IMG/VR virus record: IMGVR_UViG_2695420747_000011
Span: 1 to 14,262 of that record
Strand: one strand, 5' to 3'
DNA length: 14,262 nucleotides
Origin: a virus
Taxonomy: Duplodnaviria; Heunggongvirae; Uroviricota; Caudoviricetes
Within the stretch, counting starts at the first letter, position 1. Each line of letters starts with the position of its first letter. Positions 10,484 to 14,262 of this stretch are shown piece by piece. The notes beneath the pieces are model-generated. The model made no database searches. It was given only the letters and a program-made list of their open reading frames with translations, and had not been told where the DNA came from. The position numbers and the translations under genes are program-made.

Positions 10484-12958
10484 ATGAGTAAAGTCTTTAT
10501 TTGCGCCGCCATTCCGGACGAACAGGCAATAAAGGAAGAAGGTGCCGTCGCTGTAGCCACTGCCATTGAAGCCGGTGATGAACGTCGCGCCCGCGCAAAA
10601 TTTCACTGGCAATTCCTGGAGCATTATCCGGCTGCTCAGGACTGCGCTTATAAATTTCTTGTCTGCGAGGATAAACCCGGTATACCCCGCCCTGCCCTCG
10701 ATTCCTGGGATGCTGAATATATGCAGGAAAACCGCTGGGATGAGGAGTCTGCTTCCTTTGTCCCGGTTGAGACTGAATCCGATCCGATGAACGTCACTTT
10801 TGACAAGCTGGCCCCTGAAGTACAGAACGCTGTCATGGTTAAGTTCGACACATGTGAAAACATCACCGTTGATATGGTTATTAGCGCACAGGAATTGTTG
10901 CAGGAAGACATGGCAACATTCGACGGACATATCGTTGAAGCGTTGATGAAAATGCCAGAAGTTAACGCCATGTATCCGGAGCTTAAGCTGCATGCCATCG
11001 GGTGGGTTAAGCATAAATGTAAGCCTGGTGCCAAATGGCCCGAAATTCAGGCAGAGATGCGCATCTGGAAAAAACGTCGCGAAGGTGAACGCAAGGAAAC
11101 CGGAAAATACACGTCTGTTGTTGATCTCGCCCGCGCCAGAGTCAATCAACAGAACACTGAAAACTCAGCAGGAAAAATCAACCCAGTCACTGCCGCCATT
11201 TGTCGCGAATACAAGCAGACATGGAAAACGCTGGATGAAGAACTGGCCTACGCTCTCTGGCCTGGCGATATTGATACCGGAAACATTGACGGCAGCATCC
11301 ATCGCTGGGCAAAAAATGAAGTTATCGACAAAGATCGCGAAGACTGGAAGCGCATTTCCGCATCAATGCGCAAACAACCCGATGCCGTTCGCTACGACCG
11401 TCAGACTATTTTTGGCCTTGTCCGTGAGCGTCCGATCGACATTCACAAAGATCCCGTAGCACTGAACAAATACATCACTGAATACCTGACTACCAAGGGC
11501 GTGTTTGAAGATGACGAAGGAACAAATCAGGGCACAGCTGGTACTCTCCCGTCACCAGTACCAGAAACTGATGCAGTGGAAACGGCAATGCCGGACAACG
11601 AAAAAACCGAATGCGAAGTGGAAGACGAACCATCTGTAGAGCGTGAGGGACCGTTCTACTTCCTTTTCACCGATAAGGACGGCGAAAAATACGGTCGCGC
11701 AAACAAACTTTCTGGTCTGGAAAAAGCACTGGCCCTGGGAGCTACGGAAATCACAAAAGAGGAATACTTCGCACGTAAAAACGGTACATACTCAGGTTCA
11801 CAACAAAATACTGGTGCATCTGACACGACCGCACAACCAGAGCCAGTAAAAGTTACCGCTGACGAAGTAAACAAAATTATGCAGGCAGCCAATATCAGCC
11901 AGCCTGACGCCGATGAACTGCTTGCAGTATCACGTGGTGAATTTGTTGAAGGGATTAGCGACCCGAATGATCCGAAATGGGTTAAGGGGAACCAGACCCG
12001 CGATTCTGTGAACCAGAACCAGCAAGAAACGGAACAGAACGACCAGAAAGCGGAACAAAACAGCCCAAATGCGTTACAAAACGAGCCAGAAACGAAACAG
12101 CCTGAATCAGTGGCGCAACAGGAAGTGGAAAAAGTCTGCACCGCCTGCGGTCAGACCGGCGGCGGCAACTGCCCTGATTGTGGCGCGGTAATGGGCGACG
12201 CAACATACCAGGAAACATTCGATGAAGAGTATCAGCCTGAAGTTCAGGAAGATGATCCAGAGGAAATGGAAGGCGCTGAACATCCACACAAGGAGAACAC
12301 TGGCGGCAATCAGCATCACGATAGCGATAATGAAACTGGCGAGACGGCAGATCACTCAATTAAGGTGAACGGTCATCAAGAAATCACATCCACCAGCAGA
12401 ATGTGGCACCACATGATGATCGACCTTGAAACCATGGGAAAAAATCCCGATGCCCCGCTTATCTCAATAGGTGCAATATTTTTCGATCCGCAAACCGGAG
12501 ATATGGGGCCGGAATTTAGTAAGACCATCGATATGGATACTGCTGGCGGAGTCATTGATCGTGGCACCATTAAATGGTGGCTTAAGCAATCACGGGAGGC
12601 GCAATCTGCCATTCTGACCGATGAAATCCCGTTAGATGATGCACTGCTGCAATTGCGGGAATTTATCGACGAAAACTCCGGCGAATTTTTTGTTCAGGTC
12701 TGGGGAAATGGAGCCAACTTCGACAACACGATTTTGCGCCGTTCATACGAACGGCAGGGGATCCCCTGCCCGTGGCGTTACTACAACGATCGCGATGTAC
12801 GCACAATCGTTGAGCTGGGAAAAGCCATGGACTTCGATGCCAGGGCGGCTATTCCATTCGAAGGTGAGCGCCACAATGCGCTGGATGATGCCCGTTACCA
12901 GGCAAAATACGTTTCAACTATCTGGCAAAAACTGATCCCGAATCAGGCTGATTTTTAA
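10484..12958 (+). CDS. prophage exonuclease (824 aa): RecE-like N-terminal/central region, CxxC...CxxC zinc ribbon, C-terminal DEDDh 3'-5' exonuclease domain
   Basis: SD GAGGT precedes ATG 10484. The C-terminal domain has the three DnaQ-like motifs: MMIDLETMG (Exo I), VWGNGANFDNTIL (Exo II) and ERHNALDDARYQ (Exo III with His). A zinc ribbon CTAC...CPDC lies at 12137-12181. Central SRGEFVEGISDPNDPKWVKG and Q/E/N-rich linker resemble what I recall of RecE-type proteins. Confidence 0.7.
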   Translation: MSKVFICAAIPDEQAIKEEGAVAVATAIEAGDERRARAKFHWQFLEHYPAAQDCAYKFLVCEDKPGIPRPALDSWDAEYMQENRWDEESASFVPVETESDPMNVTFDKLAPEVQNAVMVKFDTCENITVDMVISAQELLQEDMATFDGHIVEALMKMPEVNAMYPELKLHAIGWVKHKCKPGAKWPEIQAEMRIWKKRREGERKETGKYTSVVDLARARVNQQNTENSAGKINPVTAAICREYKQTWKTLDEELAYALWPGDIDTGNIDGSIHRWAKNEVIDKDREDWKRISASMRKQPDAVRYDRQTIFGLVRERPIDIHKDPVALNKYITEYLTTKGVFEDDEGTNQGTAGTLPSPVPETDAVETAMPDNEKTECEVEDEPSVEREGPFYFLFTDKDGEKYGRANKLSGLEKALALGATEITKEEYFARKNGTYSGSQQNTGASDTTAQPEPVKVTADEVNKIMQAANISQPDADELLAVSRGEFVEGISDPNDPKWVKGNQTRDSVNQNQQETEQNDQKAEQNSPNALQNEPETKQPESVAQQEVEKVCTACGQTGGGNCPDCGAVMGDATYQETFDEEYQPEVQEDDPEEMEGAEHPHKENTGGNQHHDSDNETGETADHSIKVNGHQEITSTSRMWHHMMIDLETMGKNPDAPLISIGAIFFDPQTGDMGPEFSKTIDMDTAGGVIDRGTIKWWLKQSREAQSAILTDEIPLDDALLQLREFIDENSGEFFVQVWGNGANFDNTILRRSYERQGIPCPWRYYNDRDVRTIVELGKAMDFDARAAIPFEGERHNALDDARYQAKYVSTIWQKLIPNQADF

Positions 12959-13022
12959 TGTTCAACCCCGGTCGTTGCCCACCAGCTATAGTGGCGGCGA
13001 CCATGATTAGCGAACGACGCTC

Positions 13023-13271
13023 ATGGCAAGACTTATTCTGCTCACTGAGTGGGCAAAAGAGGAATTCAGTGAACCGGTCCCTACTCCGAGTACGTTAAGT
13101 AAATACGCTAAAGCCGGAATGATATTTCCTCTCCCCAAAAAAGTTGGAAGACGCTGGCGAGTGGATCCGCAAGCTCGCTTTGTCGGAATGGTAAACAAGC
13201 CGGAGGTGATCGCCACAGATCACCCTGCTTTGAAGAGGATACTGGAAGATGGCGCGCCCGCGAAAATATAA
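13023..13271 (+). CDS. xis: excisionase-like protein (Xis)
   Basis: 82 aa, MARLILLTEWAKEEF...KVGRRWRV..., resembling enterobacterial prophage excisionase-like proteins. It overlaps the integrase start by 23 bp, as xis/int does in lambda. Confidence 0.7.
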   Translation: MARLILLTEWAKEEFSEPVPTPSTLSKYAKAGMIFPLPKKVGRRWRVDPQARFVGMVNKPEVIATDHPALKRILEDGAPAKI

Positions 13272-14262
13272 AACCGATGTTCCGGGATTATCTCCGTATT
13301 TTGACAAAAGAAATAACAAAGTTTACTGGCGTTACAGGCATCCCATAACAGGCAAAAATCACGGTCTCGGCAGTATTGACCAGAAACTGGCAGAAACTAT
13401 TGCAGCAGAAGCGAACAGCCGTCTTGCCCGGCAGCAAATGGAACAAATGCTCAGTCTGCAGGAGAAAATTATTAGTGATACCGGCGGTTCATCAACCGTT
13501 ACCATTTTTCTGAATAATTACAGAAAAATTCAACAGGAAAGATATGAAAACGGCGAGATCAAACTCAACACGCTGAAACAGAAAGCGGCCCCTCTCAGGG
13601 TATTTGATGAACGTTTTGGCACCAGACCGTTAGATGCCATAACCGTAAAAGATGTGGTATCAGTACTGGAAGAGTACAAGGCCAGAGGACATAACAGAAT
13701 GGGACAAATTTTCAGGAAAGTACTGATCGATGTTTTCCGGGAAGCTCAGCAAACGGGCGATGTCCCGCCAGGCTTTAACCCTGCAGAATCGGCAAAAAAA
13801 CCGCAGGTGCGGATATCAAGACAGCGACTGACTTTTGATGAGTGGATGATGATTTATAACGCAGCGGAAAAGGATGGTTACTTTTTACAGCGCGGTATGC
13901 TGCTGGCACTGATGACAGGCCAGCGCCTTTCAGATATTTGCAAAATGCAATTTTCGGATATCCGGGATGGTTATCTTCATGTCGAACAGCAAAAAACAGG
14001 AACCCGGATTGCCATCCCTCTGGCTCTGCGTTGCGATAAATTAAATCTCACCCTGGATGATGTGGTGTCATCCTGCCGCGATTGCGTTCTTAGTCCGTGG
14101 CTATTGCACCACCATCACGCGAAAGGGACAGCTAAGCGCGGCGGGATGGTTAAGCCAGCAACATTAACCGTTGCATTTAAAAAAGCCCGGGATTCTGTGA
14201 GCAGAGATCTTTATCAGAGCGATTGTTCAGAGAGCAGGGGGTTGATACCAAAATTTTGCTAG
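13249..14262 (+). CDS. int: tyrosine integrase, lambda Int family; reading frame broken near the 3' end (probable frameshift or pseudogene; catalytic C-terminus not present in this frame)
   Basis: N-terminal MARPRKYKTD... Strong by-eye similarity to lambda Int through ...LMTGQRLSDICKMQFSDIRDGYLHVEQQKTGTRIAIPLAL (Arg box I). After AFKK the frame ends at TAG 14260-14262 without the HxxR or Tyr motifs, while the frame starting at 14181 encodes ...FCEQRSLSERLFREQGVDTKILL (box II-like) and is open to the window edge. Confidence 0.7.
   Translation: MARPRKYKTDVPGLSPYFDKRNNKVYWRYRHPITGKNHGLGSIDQKLAETIAAEANSRLARQQMEQMLSLQEKIISDTGGSSTVTIFLNNYRKIQQERYENGEIKLNTLKQKAAPLRVFDERFGTRPLDAITVKDVVSVLEEYKARGHNRMGQIFRKVLIDVFREAQQTGDVPPGFNPAESAKKPQVRISRQRLTFDEWMMIYNAAEKDGYFLQRGMLLALMTGQRLSDICKMQFSDIRDGYLHVEQQKTGTRIAIPLALRCDKLNLTLDDVVSSCRDCVLSPWLLHHHHAKGTAKRGGMVKPATLTVAFKKARDSVSRDLYQSDCSESRGLIPKFC

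Noticed and set aside
10424-12935. Multiple alternative-frame and antisense ORFs inside the exonuclease gene (10424..11149, 10566..10790, 10648..11034, 10992..11459, 11643..11849, 11656..12141, 11982..12359, 12107..12355, 12376..12612, 12636..12935)
   Set aside because: All lie within one long, motif-supported 824-codon gene; they are shadow ORFs.
12959-13022. Imperfect inverted repeat between the exonuclease and xis as a sib-like retroregulation site
   Set aside because: The stem is imperfect and lies upstream of xis rather than downstream of int; too weak to call by eye.
13007-13319. Minus-strand ORFs antisense to xis and the int start (13007..13216, 13095..13319)
   Set aside because: They overlap the motif-supported xis/int pair, whose 23-bp overlap is the canonical arrangement.
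1-14262. CRISPR array, tRNA/tmRNA gene, IS element or attachment site
   Set aside because: No short regularly spaced direct repeats with spacers, no tRNA-like T-loop or acceptor features, and no terminal inverted repeats with a transposase ORF were seen. The attachment site would be expected beyond int, outside the window.

Overview
This window reads as the early/immunity region of a lambdoid prophage of the Qin/Rac type from an Escherichia/Shigella-like host, and I did not find a clearly novel system; the best candidates for something undescribed are listed in the findings. All calls come from reading the sequence and the ORF track by eye, with no database search or folding, so family names rest on remembered motifs and protein sequences. 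Layout: (i) A divergent genetic switch sits at 7509-8490, with a cro-like gene (minus) and a cI-like HTH + S24-peptidase repressor (plus) separated by GGTAAC-N4-GTTACC operator palindromes; a third copy lies in a promoter-like site downstream of the repressor terminator. (ii) The minus-strand operon leaving cro carries a YdaT-like protein, an O-like replication initiator with 15-bp-period iterons inside its coding sequence, an HTH protein, a small DNA methyltransferase, a chain of translationally coupled small ORFs (three of them very acidic, one membrane protein), a DUF551 protein, a hok/mok toxin, a DUF968-like protein and the start of rusA. (iii) The plus-strand operon leaving the repressor carries two small ORFs, a DicF sRNA, dicB, ydfD, an 824-aa exonuclease with a C-terminal DEDDh 3'-5' exonuclease domain, xis and a lambda-family integrase. 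The most notable observations are: the repressor has Ala where the S24 catalytic Ser should be; the integrase changes reading frame at an A6 run 80 bp before the window ends; a T7 run sits where two overlapping ORF frames meet upstream of the methyltransferase; and a 64-aa ORF lies in reverse orientation beside a GC-rich ORF-free stretch upstream of dicF. No CRISPR array, tRNA, rRNA or IS element was seen.
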